Assembly (NCBI GenBank): GCA_964388725.1
Contig: CAYMBR010000005.1
Coordinates: 3,681 to 67,680, forward strand
Reading direction: 5' to 3'
Length of the DNA: 64,000 nucleotides
Source: an uncultured Sangeribacter sp.
Lineage (GTDB): Bacteria; Bacteroidota; Bacteroidia; Bacteroidales; Muribaculaceae
Shown here: positions 29,533 through 39,600 of the stretch, piece after piece
How positions within the stretch are numbered: the stretch's first letter is position 1
Layout: every line of letters starts with the position of its first letter
Notes under the pieces: model-generated
Told to the model about the DNA's origin: nothing
What the model saw: only the letters and a program-made list of their open reading frames with translations
Database searches by the model: none
Made by a program: the position numbers and the translations under genes

Positions 29533-30714
29533 TTATTTTTTGATGCCACGGAGGACATCTTTCAGTTGGGTAAGAGCCTTTAGCAGTATTGATTTTGGCG
29601 AAGCAACATTAAGGCGCATATGGAGTCGCCCCCCCTTGCCAAACATCTCGCCGTCGTTAAGCGCAAGATGCGCCTTGTCTTTGAAGAGCTTGACAACTTC
29701 TTCATGAGGCAATCCAAGACCACTGCAATCAAGCCAAACAAGGAACGACGCATCGGGTCTGACAGGGACTATACCAGGCAGATTGTCGTTGCAAAAATCC
29801 TCCACAAACCTGATGTTCTCCTCAATATAAGCAAGCATTTCCTTGCGCCATTGGTGTCCTTTCCTATATGCCGCAATTGTTGCAATGGGGGCAAACAGTG
29901 TGGGTTCGTCAAGTTCGCAAGCCTTCAGGAAATCAAAGAATTCAGTACGCAATTCGGGGTTGGGGACAATTGCATAACTCGACACCACACCTGCCAAGTT
30001 GAAAGTTTTGGTGGGGGCGGCAAAAGTTATGGAGCAATTGCGGGCATCGTCCGACACCTCATAGAATGGCGTGTGATGTTTCCCCCAAAGCAGCATCTCG
30101 CTGTGAATCTCGTCTGAGATTACAATCACGTTGTGGCGGCAGCAAATCTCGGCAACCCTCGCAAGGGTATCCTTGCTCCATGCAATTCCGGCCGGATTAT
30201 GGGGAGAAGACATGACGAGCATCCGTGTCTTTGGCATTGATGCGATTTCATCAAGTCCATCTAAATCCATCTCATATTTACCGTCGGGAGTCGGAAGGAG
30301 AGGATTATAGATAATCTTACGTCCTATGGCCTCAGGCACCAGGCGGAAGGGATGATAAACCGGTGGCTGGATTATGACAGCCTCATCGGGTTTTACAAAA
30401 CAATGGATGGCAAGACCGATGCCTTTCACAATGCCGGGGATATAAGACAACCATTCTGGTTTTACATCAGCACCGTGCAAATCGCTCAACCAGTCGATGA
30501 TGGCCAGGCGATAATCTTCCGGTTCGATGGTATAACCCAATATGGGGTGTTTCAGGCGGTCGCGGAGGGCATCCATGATGAAATCCGGGGTTGCGAAATC
30601 CATATCAGCAACCCAAAGCGGAATGAGGTCGTCGCTGCCATAACGCTCCATAAGGGCATCTGTCTTCAGCGCACCGGAGCCTCTGCGTTCTATAATCTCG
30701 TCAAACTGATTCAT
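29533..30714 (-). CDS. MalY/PatB-family C-S lyase (cystathionine beta-lyase)
   Basis: PLWVADMDF, SPHNPAG, SDEIH, APTKTFNLAG and RLNVA. Confidence 0.92.
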   Translation of the reverse strand: MNQFDEIIERRGSGALKTDALMERYGSDDLIPLWVADMDFATPDFIMDALRDRLKHPILGYTIEPEDYRLAIIDWLSDLHGADVKPEWLSYIPGIVKGIGLAIHCFVKPDEAVIIQPPVYHPFRLVPEAIGRKIIYNPLLPTPDGKYEMDLDGLDEIASMPKTRMLVMSSPHNPAGIAWSKDTLARVAEICCRHNVIVISDEIHSEMLLWGKHHTPFYEVSDDARNCSITFAAPTKTFNLAGVVSSYAIVPNPELRTEFFDFLKACELDEPTLFAPIATIAAYRKGHQWRKEMLAYIEENIRFVEDFCNDNLPGIVPVRPDASFLVWLDCSGLGLPHEEVVKLFKDKAHLALNDGEMFGKGGRLHMRLNVASPKSILLKALTQLKDVLRGIKK

Positions 30715-30718
30715 GGTG

Positions 30719-31903
30719 TCAATCGCGGTTGGCTATTGAAATGGCATTCGAAAGGTCCTCAAAAATGTCGTCGGCATCTTCCAAACCCACCGACAAACGG
30801 ATGAGACGCGGAGAGACATCCATGGCAAGACGGGTCTCTACGGGAATTGGACCGAAGATTGTGCTATAAGGGTGGATTGCAAGCGTACGGTTGTCGAAAA
30901 GATTTGTGGCTCGTTTCACGAGCTTCAGGTTGTCGATGAAACGATAGCAGGCTTCTTCCGATGGGAGCGAGATGGTAAGCATGGCTGAATAATTGCCATT
31001 AAACTGACGTTTGCAAATGCCATGGAAGGGATTATCCGGCAAACCGGGATAGCAAACCTCCACTCCAGGCAGTTGTGAGAGTTTTTCTGCCAGTTTTAGT
31101 GCATTCGTCTGCTGCACGGCGTATCTCGCCTGCAGGGTCTCCAGACCGAGGGTCTGCATATAGGCAGGATGAGTGGTCATATAGCCGCCCAAATTCATCA
31201 GCACATCCTTGCGGAGTCTGTTGGGGAAATCCTCCACAGTACCATAGTCAATCACGAGACCGCCAAGCGATGTGGCACCACCGGAAAGATATTTGGTGGA
31301 GGAGACAATCTCGATATCCACTCCGAGTTTGCCGAGGTCGGCACATGTGAAAGGAATCATCGTGGAGTCTGCCACAAGCACAGCCCCCACACCATGGGCA
31401 ATCTCCGCGAGGGCAGCGAGGTCTGCCACTTCCATCTGGGGATTGGTGACAGTCTCAAGGAAGATGCAGGCAGTGTTGGCATCCACAGCCTTGCGCACGG
31501 CGTCAAGGTCGGTAAGATCCACAAGTTCCACTTTCACTCCAAAGCGTTTCAGGGTCTTGGTCAGCAGCAGGAAGGTATTGCCAAAAAGATGACGTGACGA
31601 CACCACCTTCTTACCTGACTGGAGTATCGTGACGAGGCAACCGCTGATGGCAGCCATGCCTGAATTGAAGGCCACCACATCCCTGGCTCCGGTAAGAGCC
31701 TTTATAATGTTTTCAAGGTGGATCACAGTAGGATTGGTGACTCTTGAATAGTCCGGTTCGTTGGTCACTCCGCAGAAGGCATCGGCCATCTGCGCATGGT
31801 CGGCAAACTCAAATGCCAGACAGTCATAGACCGGCATCGACAGTGCTCCATAAGGGTCTGTCTTTGGATATGGCGTGTGGATCGCCTGTGTGTTCTTTTT
31901 CAT
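30719..31903 (-). CDS. Cys/Met metabolism PLP enzyme (O-acetyl/succinylhomoserine sulfhydrylase-like)
   Basis: YSRVTNPT, SGMAAI, ETVTNP, SSTKYLSG and IRLSVGLED. Start placed at MKKNT. Confidence 0.88.
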   Translation of the reverse strand: MKKNTQAIHTPYPKTDPYGALSMPVYDCLAFEFADHAQMADAFCGVTNEPDYSRVTNPTVIHLENIIKALTGARDVVAFNSGMAAISGCLVTILQSGKKVVSSRHLFGNTFLLLTKTLKRFGVKVELVDLTDLDAVRKAVDANTACIFLETVTNPQMEVADLAALAEIAHGVGAVLVADSTMIPFTCADLGKLGVDIEIVSSTKYLSGGATSLGGLVIDYGTVEDFPNRLRKDVLMNLGGYMTTHPAYMQTLGLETLQARYAVQQTNALKLAEKLSQLPGVEVCYPGLPDNPFHGICKRQFNGNYSAMLTISLPSEEACYRFIDNLKLVKRATNLFDNRTLAIHPYSTIFGPIPVETRLAMDVSPRLIRLSVGLEDADDIFEDLSNAISIANRD

Positions 31904-31908
31904 GATGA

Positions 31909-32277
31909 TTATTTGCAGTTTGAGCAATGTTTTTCCTCAGCGGTGTTTTCGCATGAGTATGGAGTTGCGGTGTAACCGATTTTCTTGAGGGCAGCCACGA
32001 GTTTTTCCTCATCTGTGGCTTTAGGAGAATATGTGATTGCTACGCTTTTTTTCTCAAGGTCAACCACGATATTCTTCACTCCTTTTTCGAAGCGGAGGTT
32101 GCCTTTGATTTTGTTGACACAGTTTTGGCAAACAGGAGCCGGGGATAGTGAATATTCCACTACCTGTTCTTTCTGTTCTTTCTGTTCTTTCTGAACATCG
32201 TCTTTTGCCTCGGCAATGACAGAGCCGCCAAGAGAGAGTGCAAATGCTATAAATAATATAGAAGCTATGCGTTTCAT
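31909..32277 (-). CDS. Exported heavy-metal-associated (HMA) domain protein
   Basis: Signal peptide, CQNC motif, IKGNLRFEKGVK and LKKIGY. Confidence 0.88.
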   Translation of the reverse strand: MKRIASILFIAFALSLGGSVIAEAKDDVQKEQKEQKEQVVEYSLSPAPVCQNCVNKIKGNLRFEKGVKNIVVDLEKKSVAITYSPKATDEEKLVAALKKIGYTATPYSCENTAEEKHCSNCK

Positions 32278-32288
32278 ATTTATGGGAT

Positions 32289-34331
32289 TTAAAGATATTT
32301 CGTAATATTATAACGGAAACCGACGTAAAACATTGCACCGTGCAGTGGTCCATAGATCATTGTCGCATCAAAATCCTTACCCCAGGGGTCTGATGCTCCT
32401 ATAATGGGATTCTTCTGTCGGTAACCTGTGAGATTCTCGCCACCCACATATACGCTCCAGCGCCGGAAATTTCGGGTGATGTGGGCATTGAGTGTCAGGA
32501 AAGCCTTGAAAGTGGGATTCCAAGACTCTTCTTCATCGGAAAGGGTGTAGGGAGTTGGCATAACGCCGCCGCCGTTGATGGCACAAGACACGTCAAACTG
32601 CCATATTCCCATGTTTGGGGCATAGTTAAGGGTGAAAAGAGCCTTATGTTTCGAAACGAGCGGTTTCTGCTGGAGTCCGCGGCCATAATCCACCTTCACA
32701 TCGTTGAGTCGCCATGCTGCCGTGAAATTGAAATCCTCAAACGCCTCCCAGTTGAGTTCAAACTGCAGGGAATGGCTATACGACCTGTTTGCCGAACTAA
32801 AAATGATAGCGGCGTGAGGATCTGCATCCAAATCCACCATCAACTGATTGGAGAAATCGGTGAAGTAATATTCAGCTGAAAGTGTGAGATTTCTTTCGAA
32901 AGGGATGAATGTCACGCTTCCGCCGCCACCCATGTTCCATGCCGATTCCTTGCGCAACTTGCCATTCAATATGAATTCCCGCGAAGAAGCTAAAAGATAG
33001 GAATATTCAGCGTATGGTTTTGGGGAGTGATAACCCTTTCCTGCCGAGGCATGAAGCGTAACAGCATCCGAGGGGTTATATCGCAAATGGACACGAGGTG
33101 TCAGCATACTGCCATAGAGCGAACTGTGGTCGTAGCGCAAACCTGCCATGGCAATCAGTTTTTCATCAAGATTCAGGGTGTATTGGGCATATCCTCCGGC
33201 AATAGCCTCGTGGGTATGGGGAAAAACCTCGTTGTCGTCAGTGTCCGGGTTCAGAAGCAATCCATAATGGTAATTATCATAATTGAAGGTGAGACCGGTG
33301 CTTAGGGCGTGGAGGTCGCCCCATTTACGCTCAAACATCAGTTGGGAATAGAAATTGCGTTCGAGGATGTCGCACAGGCGCATTCCATATTCCGACCTGC
33401 TGTCATGGAGAGAACCGGAGAGTATCAAAGCCACGTTTCCGTCATTGTCATGATCGAAAATATATGCATTCTTGGCGAATGCCTCCACCCTTGTAGTCTT
33501 TATGTCGATCTCATAAGGGGGCATTCCTGCTGAGGAATGGGCATGATGGCTCTGTCCGCTCTCACGCTTTTCGTTGAGAACTTTCGCTGCTGCCTGAAAC
33601 ACGTAGTCCGAGCCGAGGTATGCCACACGTGGCATCACATTGATTTGCCGTATCTTTGGCATGTCGATAAAACCGTCGTCATCACCGTCGTGGGCAGTAA
33701 ACTTGTTTTCAAAATGAGTCAGCACTCCCCCGCTCCATTTATCGCCGAAATGAAGATTTCCATCTACGTTTGCCTCCAGTTTGTTTTCGGAGTCGTAATA
33801 TATGTTGACAGAAAGTGAGGGGTCTGTCTGCGGTTTTTTCATCTCCACGTTTATCTGGCCTGTTACTGACTCAAAACCGTTTTTGACCGATGAGGCGCCT
33901 TTCGACACCTGCATCGACTGTATCCAGGGACCGGGAATATAGCTGAGTCCATAGGGGGCGGCGGCTCCTCTCATTGCCGGGATGTTTTCATTGAGCATCT
34001 GCACGTAGGTGCCGGCAAGGCCGAGAAGGCGAATTTGTCTGGCGCCGGTAGCTGCATCGGTATAGTTCACATCGACGGAGGGGTTTGTGGTGAAACTCTC
34101 ACCGAGGTTGCAGCAGGCGGCGCGGCTCAGTTCGGCGGAGGTGATGAGTTCGGTGTTGGAGACGCCTTTCAGTTTTCTGGTTCCCGAGGGTGCTCTCACC
34201 ACATACTCGTCGAGGGCAAACACGGAGTCGTTTTGCTCCACTTCAGCAGAAATGGAGACACTGCCGTATAAAGCAGCCCAAGCAACGCCACTATATAGGC
34301 AAAAGCAACGTAGAAATGGATTCCGTGTCAT
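32289..34331 (-). CDS. TonB-dependent receptor, metal-uptake type
   Basis: Plug ELSRAACCNLGESF..NPSVD, VSKGASSVKNG and C-terminal YVGFRY. Start at MTRN, with -7 element TAATTTTG at 34352-34359. Confidence 0.92.
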   Translation of the reverse strand: MTRNPFLRCFCLYSGVAWAALYGSVSISAEVEQNDSVFALDEYVVRAPSGTRKLKGVSNTELITSAELSRAACCNLGESFTTNPSVDVNYTDAATGARQIRLLGLAGTYVQMLNENIPAMRGAAAPYGLSYIPGPWIQSMQVSKGASSVKNGFESVTGQINVEMKKPQTDPSLSVNIYYDSENKLEANVDGNLHFGDKWSGGVLTHFENKFTAHDGDDDGFIDMPKIRQINVMPRVAYLGSDYVFQAAAKVLNEKRESGQSHHAHSSAGMPPYEIDIKTTRVEAFAKNAYIFDHDNDGNVALILSGSLHDSRSEYGMRLCDILERNFYSQLMFERKWGDLHALSTGLTFNYDNYHYGLLLNPDTDDNEVFPHTHEAIAGGYAQYTLNLDEKLIAMAGLRYDHSSLYGSMLTPRVHLRYNPSDAVTLHASAGKGYHSPKPYAEYSYLLASSREFILNGKLRKESAWNMGGGGSVTFIPFERNLTLSAEYYFTDFSNQLMVDLDADPHAAIIFSSANRSYSHSLQFELNWEAFEDFNFTAAWRLNDVKVDYGRGLQQKPLVSKHKALFTLNYAPNMGIWQFDVSCAINGGGVMPTPYTLSDEEESWNPTFKAFLTLNAHITRNFRRWSVYVGGENLTGYRQKNPIIGASDPWGKDFDATMIYGPLHGAMFYVGFRYNITKYL

Positions 34332-34553
34332 AAAACCTGTCTTTGCGAGTGCAAAATTAGCAAAAATCCACAAATCTCGCAAATCTCTCAGCCAAAGGCA
34401 GACCTTTTCAAAAATCAAAATTTCAAAATTAATAAAAAATCCGCATCCATCCGCGCCTTAACCGGTCTTCGCCGGATTCGCGTTGAGGTCAAATCTTTGC
34501 TATCCATTATGTTATATTTATTTTATTGACAAAAATCTAAATCCGAAACTTGA

Positions 34554-34804
34554 GTTGGTTATTATCCCGAACGCCGCCGCGAGGCCGGACGACAGTTTAT
34601 AGAAGTCGGAATCGCCGAACAGTAAGGTGTGGCACTTGCCACAGGTATGGTCAAGCCCGCTATTATGGAGATTCGGGCATGAAGGTGATCTGCCACGGTA
34701 TTCCTAAGGAATTCCTTGACCGCTACGACAGGAAGAATCTGGCTGCGGAGTGCCATCTGACAGCAGACACCATCGCTCAAGATATCCGCAGCATATACGA
34801 GTAA
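34554..34804 (+). pseudogene. dxs: Internally deleted remnant of 1-deoxy-D-xylulose-5-phosphate synthase
   Basis: One frame reads VGYYPERRREAGRQFIEVGIAEQ*GVALATGMVK (DXS D/EVGIAE motif, stop at 34623). A second frame from ~34655 reads ARYYGDSGMKVICHGIPKEFLDRYD... to the stop, resembling the DXS C-terminus. Confidence 0.85.
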
Positions 34805-34838
34805 ATCGCCGTCTGCCACTGGCAAGAAATAAGGACAA

Positions 34839-34880
34839 AAATGCCAAAGAGATGAGCTTCAGAGCTTCTCTTTGGCATTT
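34839..34880. terminator. Bidirectional hairpin
   Basis: AAATGCCAAAGAGA ... TCTCTTTGGCATTT 14-bp arms. Confidence 0.75.
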
Positions 34881-34909
34881 ATACATTTATGACAGACAAT
34901 AGCACCTTT

Positions 34910-35137
34910 TCAGAGGCTTTGGGGAGTCACCTCCCGGCATCCGTCGCAGAGCTGATGAAGGCGGAGGACGTTGTCGGTGATGAGTGAGATGACATTCTTT
35001 ATGAATGTCAATGTGGATATCGTGATTGACAATACAAATCTTACAGCAGCAACGCAGAATTCGATGATGGCCGGCGAGAAAAACACTAAGGCGGCGATGG
35101 CGGACACGATGGTCAGGGTGACTAAGATTAATTCCAT
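34910..35137 (-). CDS. Small hydrophobic hypothetical protein (75 aa)
   Basis: ATG start, two hydrophobic segments, own -7 element TAACTTTG at 35222-35229 and a downstream hairpin. Confidence 0.5.
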   Translation of the reverse strand: MELILVTLTIVSAIAALVFFSPAIIEFCVAAVRFVLSITISTLTFIKNVISLITDNVLRLHQLCDGCREVTPQSL

Positions 35138-35307
35138 AAGGCAATTTGGGGGTTTTATAGGTTTATGGGTTTATGGGTATGGGATTAAAAACCGAAAACA
35201 AGAATGTCTTGAATTCGGATGCAAAGTTAGCCCAAATGACTGCCAACAACTTGCAGTCACATGTTAATAAATATCAATAAAATTTAATGAATGTGAAATA
35301 TCAAAAT

Positions 35308-35841
35308 TTACCTTTTTGATGGGACGAAAGTTTCGAAAGTGGAATCGTCGTAATAAACCGTGATTTGCGCCACGCGCCGCTGATTTTTTTGCATATTTTC
35401 TATTTGCATCTGCAACTCCATGATTTTTTTATTATCTTCAAGTTGCTGAAATATACTACCTTGAGCCGCACTTTCAGTTGAAGTTAAGCCTTTGACATTC
35501 GAATAATCAGTTTTTTGCCTACCTGTGGTGGAAATTTCTGGAATTTGAGATGGAATTTTCGTGTTATCCGGCAAAATTTCACCATCAGGAATCTTGGCGG
35601 AGGATTTCTCAACTTTTTCTTTCAACATTGTTCCCTCCCCGAACATGAGCCACATAATTGACAAATCAGGAAATACAGAATGGATCTTCCGGATGAGGAC
35701 ATCGCTGACCTTTTGATTTCTGCCAGACAAAAGTTGCGAGAAAGAGGGGCGAGGAATTTCACACGAATCTGCAAACTGAGACGATTGCATCCCAATTGAT
35801 TCCATAAAGAGTTTTAGACGAGTGCCGAAATTTTCCTCCAT
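35308..35841 (-). CDS. XRE-family helix-turn-helix protein, Bacteroidota type
   Basis: HTH QFADSCEIPRPSFSQLLSGRN, SIMWLMFGEG and C-terminal RVAQITVYYDDSTFETF. -7 element TAACTTTG at 35874-35881. Confidence 0.88.
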   Translation of the reverse strand: MEENFGTRLKLFMESIGMQSSQFADSCEIPRPSFSQLLSGRNQKVSDVLIRKIHSVFPDLSIMWLMFGEGTMLKEKVEKSSAKIPDGEILPDNTKIPSQIPEISTTGRQKTDYSNVKGLTSTESAAQGSIFQQLEDNKKIMELQMQIENMQKNQRRVAQITVYYDDSTFETFVPSKR

Positions 35842-36681
35842 ATTACTGATGTTTGCAATTATTTTTCAGTTTGCAAAGTTACAAAATAAAATTGCAAATT
35901 CCAAATTTTTAAACCGAATCTTTTCGATTTAAATTTTCAAATTTCAAATTTCAAATCGAAAATAAAATTTGCAGAATTGCAAATTTGCATTTGAATATTC
36001 TCTATAGCAAATCCCTATAATCAGCAGATATCCAAAGATATGACGAGTCAAAAAAAGTAAAGAAACCATGCGATTTGTCATATCTTGGGAATTATTGCAC
36101 ATTTATTACATTACAATTACATTATCACAATCCAAATAAGTGATATTACATAGATTATACAAATTGTAAACAAATGTTAACATCGAAAATTAACAAACCA
36201 AAACAGGTTTGCATTTGCAGTTTGCAATTCAAATCTCACATATAGACGAGTCGGTCAGTTTGCGAATTCAATTATCCAAGACCATCCGATTTGCAATTTG
36301 CATTTTCAAAGCGACTGTTCGGTTGCACTCTCGAATTGATTTTGCAAACACGAAGAACCCGACAAAAATCGAAAATTTTCAGTTCGCAAACAGAACAGCG
36401 ATGCGTTTTCGATTTTTTTTCTGCACATAAAAAGAAAAGGAAAAACTGACCAATGACCATTCTGGGGACACCACTCTCCTATCTGCAAGGGGGAAGAATG
36501 ATGGACTCCAATGTCTTTTTTCGGCAAAATTTCTATTTCCACATTAAAATTTGCAAAATAAAATAGACTTGAAATAATTGCAAATCAATTATTTCAAGTC
36601 TATTTTTGGCAAAATTAACGCCGTGAGAATCCTACGGATTCCAAAACCCAAACAGTTTTTAGGGAAATTTTACAGAGATTT
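35842..36681. other. 840-bp AT-rich non-coding region with dense TTGCA/TTACA motifs
   Basis: About 16 TTGCA and 4 TTACA counted by eye, TTTCAAA x3 at 35935-35955, and no credible ORF. Confidence 0.75.
36560..36606. repeat. Perfect 21-bp inverted repeat (terminator or protein-binding site)
   Basis: AAAATAGACTTGAAATAATTG-caaat-CAATTATTTCAAGTCTATTTT. Confidence 0.85.
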
Positions 36682-39600
36682 CTAACGCAGGAAGATCCCG
36701 AACTCGGAAGCAGGGTCGAAACGACACTCATCAGGTAAACCCCTGACAAATCTCGCTATACCCTCCAAACTATTCAGATGGAGGGTTAGCAACCATGGGA
36801 AATCTTTTTTGCCGGAGGGTGAGATATTGTTTTCCGAACCGGGATATTCCTCCTGAAAAATAAGAGCGCCATAATTGGTCAACTCCACTTCCACATTGAA
36901 AACAGTCTTTGACGGATCAAACACAAAACCGAAAATATCGGGACGCAAATCTTTTTTTGCATTGCTGCTTTGGGTGCAATACTTGTCGAGAATCTTGGCA
37001 TCTTTCCAACGGATGGACTTGAACAACCTGACATCGCGAGCCTGGGTGTCGTAGCCAAGGATACACTTCGACTCCGGGAAAACCTGGAGCACCTCAATCT
37101 CGCGGTCGCTCACGCCATTTCGAGAGGCATATTCTTTAAGAAGCACACGACGTTTGGAGTTTCTCGCTTCGTAGATTGCAGCCATTCCGACACCTTCGCT
37201 TTCGCCGGCAAGGTTATATTTCTTAAGCAAAGTCTGGTCTCTGACGACATCGCTCATAGGCACAGTGGCACCGCTTGTGCGAATATACGACCGCTGTATT
37301 TCCTCAGGACGGTGAGAATCGGGATGGAAATATACCATGTCGCCGCGATAACTATCCACATGAATACGGAGAATCTCCAGATCCTCGTTGTTTCGCTCTA
37401 TATTGTACGTGATGTAGGCAGTGGTAACGCTGGTCTTCTCGGCACCGGATTTGTAGGCTCTGAAGGCATTGTCGATGATATTCTTGAGGTAAGTGCGATA
37501 TCGGTCGGCATTGGCCTCCGGGATGCGGCGGTCATCGTAAAGAAGATTATAGTCATGATGGATTCCTACGGCAAGGCCATTGTCTCTGACACCAATCAGC
37601 AAATCGCCGCCCATAGTGGAATTTAAGAAACCACACACGGTCTTGAGAATCGACCAAATCTGGGTATCGGGTTCATATTCCTCAGAGCCTTTCAGGCGGT
37701 TTTTGGGCGGACATACAGCAGAAGATTTGAATTCGAGTGTGTCGCTTTCCACTCCATAGTATGTGGTGTTGTCGCTGCTTTTAAACTGGTCGTCGACATC
37801 AAGGACCTTGGCAAGTTCATATTTGATGCGGAAGATCTCACGCTCGTCGATTTTGCCGAGCAGACGATTGGAAGCATCGATCAGACCATCAACGGTGTCC
37901 TCAATATTCTCATCAGACGCGTTTTTTTCAGCATGACCGATTTCGGGATCCTTGTAGTTGCGAATCATTTCAATAATACGCTCGTGTTTTTCAATTTCCG
38001 GGATTCCGTTAAGGTTTGGACCATGGGAGAGATTTAGCGACATTGGAGAGGCACCGGCCACGAATTTAGCCACGGCAATCTGATATTCCAATTCATGCCT
38101 TATATACGCGCTCACGTCATAATCGCCGGCAGCAATTGAGAGCATAAGCGCCGCCTGCAGGCAGGCCATGCGCGACATAGTGTCGGAAAGCAGCGTCTGA
38201 TGCTCCATAAGAATATTGCTTACGGTCTTCACACCCTCCTCGTCGGCTTCCTCAATTTTTTTCTTCTCCTTGGTTTCCGGGGCATACTCGCTGCAATATT
38301 TTAGATACTCCTCGAAAATATACATGAAGCATTCATTCTGATAAGAGAGTAGGTCGCCCTCAATCGGTTCGGGCATGCCGTAGATGTCAATGTCGTTGAT
38401 GATATTGCCATTGATGAGGACGTTGCCAAACTGCTCCTTAGAGCCATTTATGCGTATGGTAAGTGGGATATTGTTTTCCATCGCCTCCACCACATTCTCG
38501 TCTGTGACATTTCCCATGACGTTGACAACAAATCCATCCTCAGTGAGCCATTGCGTACCGGCGGAATAATCGGAAATATAAACGCCTGGCATTTTCTCGC
38601 CTCTCATCTGGTCGGCATACTCCTGATAAAATCTATTGAAAGCAGGACGCAAGGTAAAAGCAAACTCCCGGTCGTCGGGTGTGTATTCCACCATAAGGAT
38701 AGTGCCTGGGGTCAACAGCGGGAGTACCTTGAAAATATCGGCATATTTCAGCGAATCCACCAGATTTATGTTGACTTTACCTTGCAGTTTGTCATATTCG
38801 GGATTGACGCTTTCCGCCACTATTTTGACTCCCCAGCTTGAGGTTATCATCACAGGTATAATTGCCCCTGCCAGATATTTTCTCTTCGACTCCACGACAT
38901 TGGTCTTGATGCCACTCTGTGCGCGGGTCATGAATGTCATGTCTTCCGCCACATCCTCCACTGTCTCCGGAGTCTTCTTGTGATCACTTTTCAGCAGAAG
39001 CACATTGATATTTTTCCCGATGGAAAGATAACTGTTGAGATTTCCACTTTCCTTTAAGAAATCCGACTTGCCCATGGGGGCTGTGTGGATTGTTCCCTTG
39101 GTGAAGATCACGCTTCCTTTTCCCTCAAAAAGGCAATCTCCCCCCTTGGAAATGTCGAACTTTGTCTGGCTTATGCTGTAGAGAAGACGAATGGGGCTGA
39201 ACGACTCCGGATTCTCGATGTCGTCCCATTTCACTCCAAGAGTCAGAATTGGGGCTTTGGAAACGCAGTTTGCCACTACCCCGACCAAATTGTCGATTAT
39301 GTCGGTCTGGGGCATCTTGTGGGAAATTACGAGAAGATTGACAAGCCTAAGGAGCAACGTATGCTCTTCCTGATTAATTTTTTGAGAAGCAATAAGGGCT
39401 GCGATTATAATCCTATAGGCCAATACATCGGGAATTTCAGTTTCGGAATTTGCCAGTTTAAATTTTGGTGCGTTTACGAAAGAAGAGGTTAAAGACTGCT
39501 CTGAAAGCTCATAGGCAAGATCGATCAAATATCTGCATGTGGTAAGGAACTCGCCTTCACCCTTGTCGCTGTCTTTATAATACTGATACCTCCGGATGTA

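Noticed and set aside
32164-32194. CTGTTCTTT x3 repeat
   Set aside because: An in-frame coding repeat (QKE)3 in the HMA protein linker, with no regulatory implication.
34441-34490. GC-rich mini-hairpin CCGG-TCTTCG-CCGG upstream of the TonB receptor as a riboswitch
   Set aside because: It lies upstream of the predicted promoter (34352-34359), so it would not be in the leader, and it lacks cobalamin/TPP consensus motifs.
34490-34520. dif-like site (TTATGTTATAT resembles a XerD arm)
   Set aside because: No recognisable XerC arm at the 6-bp spacing; likely chance in AT-rich DNA.
36209-36542. Short ORFs within the TTGCA-rich region
   Set aside because: Low-complexity translations of the repeat motif, with no credible start context or domain.
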